Assembly (NCBI GenBank): GCA_030141605.1
Contig: JAQGDQ010002385.1
Location: 228,838 to 292,837 of the forward strand
Direction of reading: 5' to 3'
Source: Tubiluchus corallicola
Taxonomy: Eukaryota > Animalia > Priapulida
DNA length: 64,000 bases
How positions within the stretch are numbered: the stretch's first letter is position 1; every line of letters starts with the position of its first letter. Below, one piece after another: positions 10,939 through 19,863 of this stretch. The notes beneath the pieces are model-generated. The model saw only the letters and a program-made list of their open reading frames with translations, was not told the origin of the DNA and did not search any database. The position numbers and the translations under genes are program-made.

Positions 10939-12489
10939 ATGCTACAAAATACAAAATTCCCTAATAAACCCGCTCTAAAACTAATAGACGATGCGCCTGT
11001 GACGGTTTCAGAAAAAAAGCCTTTCGAAAACGATTATTTCAATTTTGAAGCCAGCGTTACTCACTTATGTTCCATTATTAAGGCGTTTAATTCGCCCTTC
11101 ACAATTGGCGTTTATGGACCCTCTGGCGCTGGAAAAACATCCTTTATGAAAATGGTAGAGGCTGTTTTAAAGTCCGACTCCAACCACGTAAAAACATTTT
11201 TCTTTAACGCATGCCAGCATGAAAATAAAAAGCGATTGATTCTGCCACTATTATTTAAACTAAGCCATAGCGAGCTCGTTAATCAAAAATCCAAAACAGT
11301 AGGCAATATTAAAAAAGCAGCCACTATGATAAGCTTGAAAACTTTTGATGCCGATACTAAAAAACCCACAGAGCACAATGACATCAACCCTAAGAAAGAA
11401 AAAAAGCACAACCGATCCGCTAATAAAACAACAAGCCATAACATGAGCGATAGCATTGACGCATGGGTTGATGAAGTTGGAAACTTCAGAGATAATTTTG
11501 AAAAACTTACCAGCGAAATTACTAAAAACAACAACAAAACTCGTCGTGGATTAACAGATTCTCTCACTAAATTGAAAAAATTTATCCATAAAAAAACACA
11601 GGATAAAAGAAAAATTAAAAATAGCACTCAATTAACGCATTTAATTAGTGGATTGAAAAAATTTATTCATGAAATGACTCAAGACAGCCACAAAATTAAA
11701 AATAGGCGAAAATTAGTCATTTTTATTGATGACCTTGATCGCTGTTCTCCGGAAAACGCCATTCAACTGCTTGAGGATATAAAAAACTTTCTATCGGCAA
11801 ACCACTGTATTTTCGTGATTAGCGCTGACAAGAAAATACTCTCAAAATTTATATATACAAAATACAGAAATGACTTAATTTTAGAATCAGAATATCTAGA
11901 AAAAATGGTTGATTTCAGTATTGATATTCCAGAAGAAAAGCTCGATATTCAAAGCATAACAGCGGATACTTTAGAAGAAAATGTGGAGCGTTTTAAAGAC
12001 TATATAAAAAAAATCGTCACTGAGATTTACTCCGAGAAATTTTACACCGACAATGAAGAGCGTTTCTTTGCCTTTATATCTATTCTTAGTTTTTCTAACT
12101 TTATCAATCCAAGAAAAATAAAAAAATTACTCTTTCGATACTCTATTTTTTTAATGCAACATGATTTCACTCAAAACAAAAATCAATATAATCTCTATAT
12201 TGTCGTTATGTTACTGATTATCAGAGAGTATTTTTCTGACATTTATAGCCGCAACAGAACAAAATTCGACGGATATTTCTTCCCAAGCTGTTATCATGTG
12301 GAATCAGAAGAAAAAGAAGAAAAAATCGACATGAGCTATAATGAGATTGCAGTACTTTACGGAAAAGATATCGCAGAGCTCTTCTGTAACCATCAGTATA
12401 TTTTTAAGTCTATGCAGCATTCTAACAAAGATCTTAAAATATATTATAATTTAATCGATTCCCTCTTTAGTTTAAAAATTAATCTATAA
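10939..12489 (+). CDS. KAP family P-loop NTPase
   Basis: Walker A GPSGAGKTS, FNA[C] (normally FNAW), Walker B VIFIDDLDRC, YLEKMVD and NPRKIKK; more AT-rich and TTA-rich than its neighbours. Confidence 0.9.
   Translation: MLQNTKFPNKPALKLIDDAPVTVSEKKPFENDYFNFEASVTHLCSIIKAFNSPFTIGVYGPSGAGKTSFMKMVEAVLKSDSNHVKTFFFNACQHENKKRLILPLLFKLSHSELVNQKSKTVGNIKKAATMISLKTFDADTKKPTEHNDINPKKEKKHNRSANKTTSHNMSDSIDAWVDEVGNFRDNFEKLTSEITKNNNKTRRGLTDSLTKLKKFIHKKTQDKRKIKNSTQLTHLISGLKKFIHEMTQDSHKIKNRRKLVIFIDDLDRCSPENAIQLLEDIKNFLSANHCIFVISADKKILSKFIYTKYRNDLILESEYLEKMVDFSIDIPEEKLDIQSITADTLEENVERFKDYIKKIVTEIYSEKFYTDNEERFFAFISILSFSNFINPRKIKKLLFRYSIFLMQHDFTQNKNQYNLYIVVMLLIIREYFSDIYSRNRTKFDGYFFPSCYHVESEEKEEKIDMSYNEIAVLYGKDIAELFCNHQYIFKSMQHSNKDLKIYYNLIDSLFSLKINL
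11551..11712 (+). repeat. In-frame tandem duplication, 2 x 81 bp (27 aa), inside the KAP NTPase
   Basis: LTDSLTKLKKFIHKKTQDKRKIKNSTQ / LTHLISGLKKFIHEMTQDSHKIKNRRK; DNA shares ATTGAAAAAATTTAT and AAAATTAAAAATAG at 81-bp spacing. Confidence 0.9.
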
Positions 12490-12696
12490 CCTGCTGAAAC
12501 TATCGATCTCATGAATATATTTATCCTGCAAAATGAGAACCCCTGTCGCTTTGCAACACACAGCAAAATTATTTGCTATAACGGTAACAATATCTTATAG
12601 TTATTCTAAAGTTTACAGAAAAACTATACATTCTTTTATTCTGGTATTATTATCATATTAAATATGATATCAGAATATTGATCATTGGAGTCCGTT

Positions 12697-13248
12697 ATGT
12701 TTCAAGTTAGATTTCATGGCCGCGGAGGCCAGGGCGTTGTTACAGCCGCTGTTCTTTTGTCCATTGCTACTTTTAAGGAAGGGCACCACGCACAGGCTAC
12801 GCCAAGCTTTGGTTCAGAACGAACAGGAGCCCCCGTTGTCTCCTACTGTCGTATTGATGATAAGGAGATTCGTTCACGTGAACCTATTATGCAGCCCGAC
12901 GCTGTTATTATTCAAGATCCAACCCTTCTTCATTCTATCGATGTTTTTGAAGGGCTTAAAGAAACAGGATATGCTATTATTAACTCTTCCAAAAACACAA
13001 AAGAGCTCGGTATTGAAGAACAAATCTCCTATCTTAAGAAAGATAGGATTTTTTGTATCGACGCAACACGAATCGCTATGAAACATATCGGTAGACCTCT
13101 TCCGAACGCTGTTCTTCTTGGCGCTTTTGCAGCTTGCTCGAAGCTTCTTAAAATCGAATCGGTCGAGCAGGCTATTGTTGACCGGCTTCCTGGCAGAATC
13201 GGCGAAAGCAATGTCGCTGCCGCTCGTAACGCTTTTAACAGTTTCTAA
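12697..13248 (+). CDS. 2-oxoacid:acceptor oxidoreductase gamma subunit (PorC/PorG-like)
   Basis: RFHGRGGQGVVT, PSFGSERTGAPV and PNAVLLGA motifs. ATG 12697 follows GGAG. Confidence 0.95.
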   Translation: MFQVRFHGRGGQGVVTAAVLLSIATFKEGHHAQATPSFGSERTGAPVVSYCRIDDKEIRSREPIMQPDAVIIQDPTLLHSIDVFEGLKETGYAIINSSKNTKELGIEEQISYLKKDRIFCIDATRIAMKHIGRPLPNAVLLGAFAACSKLLKIESVEQAIVDRLPGRIGESNVAAARNAFNSF

Positions 13249-13269
13249 TCAGTTTAAGGATCATAAACA

Positions 13270-14514
13270 ATGCTAAAACAAATTGAAGGGTCCCAAGCCG
13301 TCGCAGAAGCCGTCGCTCTTTGTCGACCTGAAGTCATCTGTGCTTATCCCATCTCTCCCCAAACACATATCGTTGAAGGGCTCGGGAAAATCGTCAAAAG
13401 TGGAAGACTCCCCCATTGCGAATTCGTCAATGTTGAATCAGAGCATTCCGCCCTTTCTGTCGCTATCGGCTCCTCCGCCGCAGGCGCGAGATCCTATACC
13501 GCAACGGCAAGTCAGGGATTGCTCTTCATGGCCGAGGCAGTCTATAACGCCGGAGGTCTTGGGCTTCCGATTGTCATGACAATCGGAAACCGCGCCATCG
13601 GCGCTCCCATTAACATCTGGAACGATCATACTGACAGCATGTCTGTACGTGATTCCGACTGGATACAACTCTTTGCGGAAACAAACCAGGAAGCTGCAGA
13701 TCTCCATATCCAAGCTTTCAAGATTGCTGAAGCGATCAGCCTTCCCGTCATGGTCTGTATGGATGGATTTATCCTTACACACGCGTACGAGCAAGTTGAT
13801 ATACCAGAGCAAGAGCAAGTCGACCAATTTCTCCCTGCTTTTCAGCCACGCCAAAAGCTGGACCCGGAAAATCCATATTCCATTGGCGCAATGGTCGGAC
13901 CAGAAGCCTTTACAGAAGTTCGCTATCTGTCCCATCTCTCTCACTTAAAAGCACTTGATACCATCCCTGAAGTCGCCAAAGAATTCAAAAATACCTTTGG
14001 AAGAAACGCAGGCGGGTTACTCCATCACTACAAAATAGATGACGCGGAAACAATTATCATTTCCATGGGGTCCATAACAGGAACAATCAAAGATACAATT
14101 GATATCCTAAGAGAAGAAGGGAAAAAAATAGGCGTTATTAATATATGTTCTTTCAGACCTTTTCCTCTTCAAGAGCTTGACGAAAAAACAAAACACGCTC
14201 GTCATATCGTTGTTGTTGAAAAATCTTTCGCTCCTGTTTTAGGAGGAATCCTTACCAGCGACGTCAAAGCCGCCATAAAAAACCGCATCCCCGTCTCAAC
14301 CGTCATTGCCGGCCTCGGCGGACGCGCGATAACCGTTAAGTCCCTTTATGCTCTCTTTATGGACGCTGTGCAAGGAAAACTCAAATCCCTGCAATTCCTT
14401 GATATCCAAAAAGATCTCGTGCAGCAGGCTATTAAAGACGAGCAAAGAGACACCTCAACGTCACACGTCGCACAAGCACTGCAACACGACCTGAAAATAA
14501 ATACGGTAAGCTAG
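13270..14514 (+). CDS. porA: 2-oxoacid:acceptor oxidoreductase alpha subunit
   Basis: AYPISPQTHIVE, VESEHSA, TATASQGL and MDGFILTH motifs. Confidence 0.93.
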   Translation: MLKQIEGSQAVAEAVALCRPEVICAYPISPQTHIVEGLGKIVKSGRLPHCEFVNVESEHSALSVAIGSSAAGARSYTATASQGLLFMAEAVYNAGGLGLPIVMTIGNRAIGAPINIWNDHTDSMSVRDSDWIQLFAETNQEAADLHIQAFKIAEAISLPVMVCMDGFILTHAYEQVDIPEQEQVDQFLPAFQPRQKLDPENPYSIGAMVGPEAFTEVRYLSHLSHLKALDTIPEVAKEFKNTFGRNAGGLLHHYKIDDAETIIISMGSITGTIKDTIDILREEGKKIGVINICSFRPFPLQELDEKTKHARHIVVVEKSFAPVLGGILTSDVKAAIKNRIPVSTVIAGLGGRAITVKSLYALFMDAVQGKLKSLQFLDIQKDLVQQAIKDEQRDTSTSHVAQALQHDLKINTVS

Positions 14515-14520
14515 GAGAAG

Positions 14521-15534
14521 ATGGCTATGACAATCGATAAAAAAAACGCATACCCTAAAGGAGAATTTACCGTCGGGAATCGCTTTCTTGATCAAGAGCA
14601 ATGCCCTGTACAATCCAAGCAAAACCGGCCAAATTCTCTTACATCCGGCCACAGAGCCTGCCAAGGATGCGGAGAAGCCCTTGGCGCAAGAGCCGCTATA
14701 GACGCTGCTATGGAAGCCACAGGAAATAAGATTATCGCCTGTAACGCCACAGGATGCCTTGAAGTTTTCTCAACACCCTATCCAGAAACATCTTGGAATA
14801 TCCCATGGATACATTCCCTTTTCAGCAACGCTCCAGCCGTCGCGACAGGTGTCGCTGCCGCTCTTAAAGCAAAAGGAAACACCGATACAAGAGTCATCTC
14901 CCAAGGAGGTGATGGTAGTACTGTCGATATCGGCTTTGGATGCCTCTCTGGAATGTTTGAGCGAAACGATGACGTTCTTTATATATGCTACGATAATGAA
15001 GCCTATATGAATACTGGTGTACAGCGTTCATCCGCGACACCACCAACGGCAAGAACCGCAACAACAATGGCTATCGGTGAAAATCCTGGCAACCCATTTG
15101 ATATCGGAAAAAATCTTCCCCTTATCGCAATGGCGCACAAAATCCCTTACGTCGCAACAGCAACCGTCAGTGATCTTCGAGACTTGGAAAATAAAGTCAA
15201 AAAAGCCATGGCAATACGAGGCGCCCGTTATATTCATATACTCGTGCCATGCCCTCTCGGATGGGGAGCTCCTGCATGTAGCACGCTTCATGTCGCAAGA
15301 ATGGCAACACAAAGTGGTTTCTTCCCTGTCTTTGAAGCTAAAGATGGAATTGTAACAAAATCCGAAAAAATTCGACAGTTAATGCCTGTTGACGACTATT
15401 TGCGAATACAAAGGCGTTTCTCTCACCTCTTTTCCAAAAAAGGAAATGACGAAAAAAGTATCGCACAACTACAAGCTATCGCAGACGAAAATATTAAACA
15501 GTTTAACCTCTTGCCCGAGGAGAAATTCGCATAA
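14521..15534 (+). CDS. porB: 2-oxoacid:acceptor oxidoreductase beta subunit (TPP-binding)
   Basis: GHRACQGCG, NATGCLEV, GGDG...YDNEAYMNTG TPP motif and PCPLGW. Confidence 0.93.
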   Translation: MAMTIDKKNAYPKGEFTVGNRFLDQEQCPVQSKQNRPNSLTSGHRACQGCGEALGARAAIDAAMEATGNKIIACNATGCLEVFSTPYPETSWNIPWIHSLFSNAPAVATGVAAALKAKGNTDTRVISQGGDGSTVDIGFGCLSGMFERNDDVLYICYDNEAYMNTGVQRSSATPPTARTATTMAIGENPGNPFDIGKNLPLIAMAHKIPYVATATVSDLRDLENKVKKAMAIRGARYIHILVPCPLGWGAPACSTLHVARMATQSGFFPVFEAKDGIVTKSEKIRQLMPVDDYLRIQRRFSHLFSKKGNDEKSIAQLQAIADENIKQFNLLPEEKFA

Positions 15535-17180
15535 TGTCATACAAAAAACCCCCTTTCGCTATTACACTAGAAATTGGCTCCAGCCTTAATAATAAAACAG
15601 GATCATGGCGAAACGAACGGCCCATATACCTCGATCGCCTCCCTCCCTGTAACGCAGCATGTCCGGCGGGCGAGAATATTCAAGCTTGGCTGTATCTCGC
15701 AGAAGAAGAAAATTATGAAGGCGCATGGAAAGAGATTGTCAAAAACAACCCCTTCCCCGCTATCATGGGGCGCGCATGTTACCATACATGTGAGGACGCC
15801 TGCAATAGAGCACAACTTGATACAGCCGTTAATATACACGCTGTAGAAAGATTCCTTGGCGATATGGCCATTGAGAAAAAATGGAATATAACACCACAAG
15901 AAAACTCATCTCCGAAAAAAATCATGATTGTTGGCGCTGGGCCCGCTGGCCTCTCTGCCGCGTGGCATCTCGCGCAATATGGGCATAATATTACCTTATA
16001 TGATAATAAGCCCGCCGTAGGCGGTATGATGCGATTCGGTATCCCCTCATACAGGCTACCACGCTCGATCATTGACGGAGAGATCCAGCGCCTGATCGAT
16101 ATCGGCGTAAAAATTAACCTTAATACAAATATCGACGCGAGTAAGATAAAACAATTCATGAAAGCAGAGGGGTTTGACGCATGCTTCCTAGCCTTTGGCG
16201 CTCATAGCCCTTTTACACTTCGATTCAGCGCCCCTTATCCAGAGCGAATTTTAGATGCTATCTCACTCCTTCATCAAATGGAAGTCGACGACATACCTCC
16301 TGATATGAGCGGGCAGCATATCCTCGTATACGGTGGTGGAAATACCGCCATTGACGTCGCGAGAACGGTACGAAGACTCGGCGCGGAAACAACTGTCGTC
16401 TATAGACGAACACGGAAACAAATGCCTGCCCACGATTTTGAAGTCGTTGAGGCCATGGAAGAAGGTATTCAGTTTCTCTTTCTTACAACGATCAAGGAAA
16501 TGCAAAATAATGGGGATTTCCTTATCGAAAAAATGGAGCTTGACGAATCAGGGTGGCCACAAGCAACTGGGCAAACCGATACTTTAAAAGGCGATAAACT
16601 TATCTGCGCTCTCGGGCAGAATGTTGACTTCTCCGGCCTTGAAACCCTTGAGAATATCGCTATTGATGATGGTGTCGTCTCTGTCGACAACACTATGATG
16701 ACAGGACAAAGCGCCATCTTCGCAGGAGGAGATATGACACCATGCGATAGAACAATCACTGTCGCTGTTGGGCATGGGAAAAAAGCTGCCCATCATATCC
16801 ATGCATGGCTTCAAGGCAAAACTTACGAAAAACCAGAAAAACATGAGATTATCGATTATAAAAATATGAACTCATGGTACTATCCAAAAGTTGAGCAGGA
16901 AAAACAAAATCTCCTGCCCATAGAAAAGCGACAAACCAGCTTTGATGAGGTCTATCAAGGGCTCACAGAGGAAAACGCATGCTTTGAAGCGAAACGTTGC
17001 CTCAGTTGCGGAAACTGCTTTGAATGCGATAACTGCTATGCTATCTGCCCAGATAACGCTGTGGAAAAGCTTGGAAAAGGGAAACGTTTCTCCTTTAAAT
17101 ACGACTATTGCAAAGGATGCGCGCTCTGCGCGGAAGAATGCCCTTGTGGCGCTATCAAAATGGCTCCTGAACTCACTTAA
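15534..17180 (+). CDS. PorD-like 2x[4Fe-4S] delta subunit fused with a GltD-type FAD/NAD(P) oxidoreductase
   Basis: N-terminal NKTGSWRNERP; PCNAACPAG and GRACYHTCEDAC Fe-S region; GAGPAG (FAD); GGGNTA..VYRR (NADP-type); FAGGD; C-terminal CFECDNCYAICP and YDYCKGCALCAEECP. 1-bp overlap with porB. Confidence 0.9.
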   Translation: MSYKKPPFAITLEIGSSLNNKTGSWRNERPIYLDRLPPCNAACPAGENIQAWLYLAEEENYEGAWKEIVKNNPFPAIMGRACYHTCEDACNRAQLDTAVNIHAVERFLGDMAIEKKWNITPQENSSPKKIMIVGAGPAGLSAAWHLAQYGHNITLYDNKPAVGGMMRFGIPSYRLPRSIIDGEIQRLIDIGVKINLNTNIDASKIKQFMKAEGFDACFLAFGAHSPFTLRFSAPYPERILDAISLLHQMEVDDIPPDMSGQHILVYGGGNTAIDVARTVRRLGAETTVVYRRTRKQMPAHDFEVVEAMEEGIQFLFLTTIKEMQNNGDFLIEKMELDESGWPQATGQTDTLKGDKLICALGQNVDFSGLETLENIAIDDGVVSVDNTMMTGQSAIFAGGDMTPCDRTITVAVGHGKKAAHHIHAWLQGKTYEKPEKHEIIDYKNMNSWYYPKVEQEKQNLLPIEKRQTSFDEVYQGLTEENACFEAKRCLSCGNCFECDNCYAICPDNAVEKLGKGKRFSFKYDYCKGCALCAEECPCGAIKMAPELT

Positions 17181-17200
17181 AATTTTCTATAACTGCGAAG

Positions 17201-17232
17201 AATGCCTTACTTGGTAAAGTAGGGCATTTTTT
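17201..17232 (+). terminator. Rho-independent terminator of the oxidoreductase operon
   Basis: AATGCCTTACT-tggtaa-AGTAGGGCATT followed by TTTT, 20 nt after the stop codon. Confidence 0.75.
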
Positions 17233-18601
17233 ATGCGTCAGGCGTAGAGGACAAAGCGTTTTTAGAAAATCTATGAAAAAGGTATGCCTGAACTAAAAAG
17301 CATAACCATGTCGCACTTAAAACAGCATATAAAAGACCCATGATTCTGTAATTCTCATAAATAGATAAGTACCATCCCAACGGAATCATAAATATAAAAA
17401 AGCAAACAAAAAACACCAACGTGACAAGCCAGTTTTTACCGCATGCTCTTAGAGCATGCGATAAAACCGCCTGGCCACCATCCGAAATAAAAATAAACGA
17501 CCCTACAAAAATCGCTGGAACAAACACCATAAAAAATTCCGCCTCAGCATCACCTGCCAGCAATTCCGCAACCTTCCAAGGAAATAGCCAGACAAATACA
17601 CTTACAATAGCAGCCAAAACAACGTTTAAAAATAAACCAACCCACCCCGCAATCTGGACATCATGAAAGTCGTTTTTCGCAAACGCAATTCCTATTCGTA
17701 TCGTTGTTGCGGCTCCCAAGCCAAGCGCTATCATAAATACCGTCCCTAAAACAATCATCACAAGAGACCATATTCCCATATCAATAACGCCAAGACTGCC
17801 CGCCATCAACCCCATCGCAGAAAATGATCCTGACTCTAAAAATAATGTCATGCTCGCCGCATAGCCAATATTGCGTAACTCTTTCCACTCTTTCCAGCGC
17901 ATCTTCACACGTTTGCGAATACCATAACGCACATGGTCTTTCAAAAACCACACCCACGAAAAAGAAACAACCGCTAAAACAATACGAACCAGCGTTGTCG
18001 CCCACGCAGAGCCCATTCCTCCCATTTCCGGCGCGCCCAAATTCCCGTAAATCAAAGCCCAGTTTAATATTACATTTGCAATATTCGCCAGCAACATAAT
18101 AAACAAACCAGGGTTCGGTCGCTTGATTCCCTCAAGGAAGCTGATGTTCGCAATGAAAATAAGATTAAACAAAATACTCACCGATAAAACCCAAATCGCC
18201 TTACTCGCATTGTCAATCAAATCAGGCGTTTGATGCGTCAGGTGAAGAAATATACGACAAAAAGGAATAAATAAAAAACACATAAGGCCAACAAAAATCG
18301 CCCATTTCACGGCTTGCCACCAAATCTTACCGCAGCCTTCCCAATCTCCCGCGCCAAATAAACGAGAAACCAAAACCGTCACACCAACCATCATGCCAAT
18401 CGCTGTTACAAGAATAATGCCAATAACCGTATTACTTATTCCAAGCCAAGCAAGATCAAATTTGCTGTAGTGCGCAACCATTGTTGTATCAACAATCGCA
18501 AGAGTCATCATCCCTAAACGTGAAAAAACAATCGGCACCGAAAGCATAATTGTCTCGATAATATGATTTTTGACAATATGATAACGAAAAAAAACACCCA
18601 T
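17231..18601 (-). CDS. MATE family efflux transporter (NorM-like)
   Basis: About 12 hydrophobic segments; VDTTMVAH, N(V)ILNWALIYGNLGAPEMGGMGSAWAT and DGGQAV motifs. Start uncertain (18601 or 18610). Confidence 0.92.
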   Translation of the reverse strand: MGVFFRYHIVKNHIIETIMLSVPIVFSRLGMMTLAIVDTTMVAHYSKFDLAWLGISNTVIGIILVTAIGMMVGVTVLVSRLFGAGDWEGCGKIWWQAVKWAIFVGLMCFLFIPFCRIFLHLTHQTPDLIDNASKAIWVLSVSILFNLIFIANISFLEGIKRPNPGLFIMLLANIANVILNWALIYGNLGAPEMGGMGSAWATTLVRIVLAVVSFSWVWFLKDHVRYGIRKRVKMRWKEWKELRNIGYAASMTLFLESGSFSAMGLMAGSLGVIDMGIWSLVMIVLGTVFMIALGLGAATTIRIGIAFAKNDFHDVQIAGWVGLFLNVVLAAIVSVFVWLFPWKVAELLAGDAEAEFFMVFVPAIFVGSFIFISDGGQAVLSHALRACGKNWLVTLVFFVCFFIFMIPLGWYLSIYENYRIMGLLYAVLSATWLCFLVQAYLFHRFSKNALSSTPDA

Positions 18602-18759
18602 AACACACAACCATAACCATAAAAAAATTAAGCCAATTGAAAATCAACACGAGAAAAACAACAACCGGTATAATCGGTAAAATAAAAACTATTGAAAAAA
18701 ATAAGAAAAAATAAAGTGACCAACGCCTACCCTATCGCGCCCCTTCTAAACAGGCTGCA

Positions 18760-18788
18760 TATTTATCACCCCTTATGAAACAAGTCAA
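18760..18788 (-). promoter_or_regulatory. Putative sigma70 promoter upstream of the MATE gene
   Basis: TTGACT-N17-TAAATA with an extended TG, on the minus strand. Confidence 0.45.
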
Positions 18789-18885
18789 CCCTTTAATTTC
18801 TTCAATATCAGAATAGAGTAACCTTTTGTAGCTTATTAATATATCCACACGTAAAATCTCTACCCTTATTCATAATAAAGTAAAA

Positions 18886-19851
18886 CTACTTTTTCATCAA
18901 CGGGTGCTTTCTCTCAACGAGCTCACGAAGACGCGTATCTAAAATATGTGTATAAATTTGCGTCGTTGAAATATCCGAATGCCCCAAAAGGTATTGCAAG
19001 CTCTTTAAATCCGCACCATTTTCCAACAAATGGCTAGCAAAAGAATGTCGCAAAATATGCGGAGAGACTCTCTCAGTAGGAATATTAGCCAAAACCGCAA
19101 GCGCGGACAATAATTGAAAAAAACGATGTCGCGTTAAATGACCACTCTTGCCACGAGAAGGAAAAAGCCACGGAGATTTACACATTCCTTTCTTATCCAA
19201 TGTACAGGTCGGCGCAAGAATATGCCGAACAGAAAGCCATCTGTCAACAGCTTCTCGAGCCGTCTCTCCCAACGGCAAAAGGCGCTCCTTATTCCCCTTT
19301 CCCTTGACAAGAACAGTATCCTTATCACGCGAAAAAGAAGATAATTGAAAATTCATAAGCTCCGAAACTCGAATGCCCGTCGCATATAAAAGCTCTAAAA
19401 GCGCCATCATTCGTATACCTGCTGGAGTTTGATCCTGAGCCGCAGTATCAAACAATAATGACACCTCATCCATTGTTAAGAATTTCGGCAAAGACTTACT
19501 GCTTTTCTGCGCTTCAATATGCAAGCAGGGATTATCCTTCCTATATCCCTCTGTATAAATAAAGCGATAAAATTGACGAAGCGTAGATAAACGACGGCAA
19601 CATGTCGCCGCAGACATGCCCGAAAGAGAGAGGCTCTTCAGCCAACCGGTAATATGATCCTTTCTCGCCGCCTCTAAAGAAACGGCAGGTTTTCGGTTGC
19701 TCAGCCATATAGAAAATTGCATCAAATCACAGCTATACGCCTCAAGCGTATTATGTGTAACCCCCCGCTCAGCAGCAGTCATCTCTAAAAAAGACCCAAT
19801 TTGCGGAGACGCAAGTTTATCCTTACTCTGTAATATCTGTTTTATTTTTAT
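18886..19851 (-). CDS. xerD: Tyrosine recombinase XerD (start uncertain: ATA 19851 or ATG 19782)
   Basis: FLEMTAAERG, LYATGIRVSE, VKGKGNKER, SPHILRHSFASHLL and LGHSDISTTQIYTH motifs; divergent from aroK as usual in Alphaproteobacteria. Confidence 0.93.
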   Translation of the reverse strand: MKIKQILQSKDKLASPQIGSFLEMTAAERGVTHNTLEAYSCDLMQFSIWLSNRKPAVSLEAARKDHITGWLKSLSLSGMSAATCCRRLSTLRQFYRFIYTEGYRKDNPCLHIEAQKSSKSLPKFLTMDEVSLLFDTAAQDQTPAGIRMMALLELLYATGIRVSELMNFQLSSFSRDKDTVLVKGKGNKERLLPLGETAREAVDRWLSVRHILAPTCTLDKKGMCKSPWLFPSRGKSGHLTRHRFFQLLSALAVLANIPTERVSPHILRHSFASHLLENGADLKSLQYLLGHSDISTTQIYTHILDTRLRELVERKHPLMKK

Positions 19852-19863
19852 GCGATTAAACCT

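Noticed and set aside
18886-19851. Tyrosine recombinase as a prophage or island integrase
   Set aside because: Sequence and aroK-linked context identify housekeeping XerD; no att repeats, tRNA or phage genes nearby.
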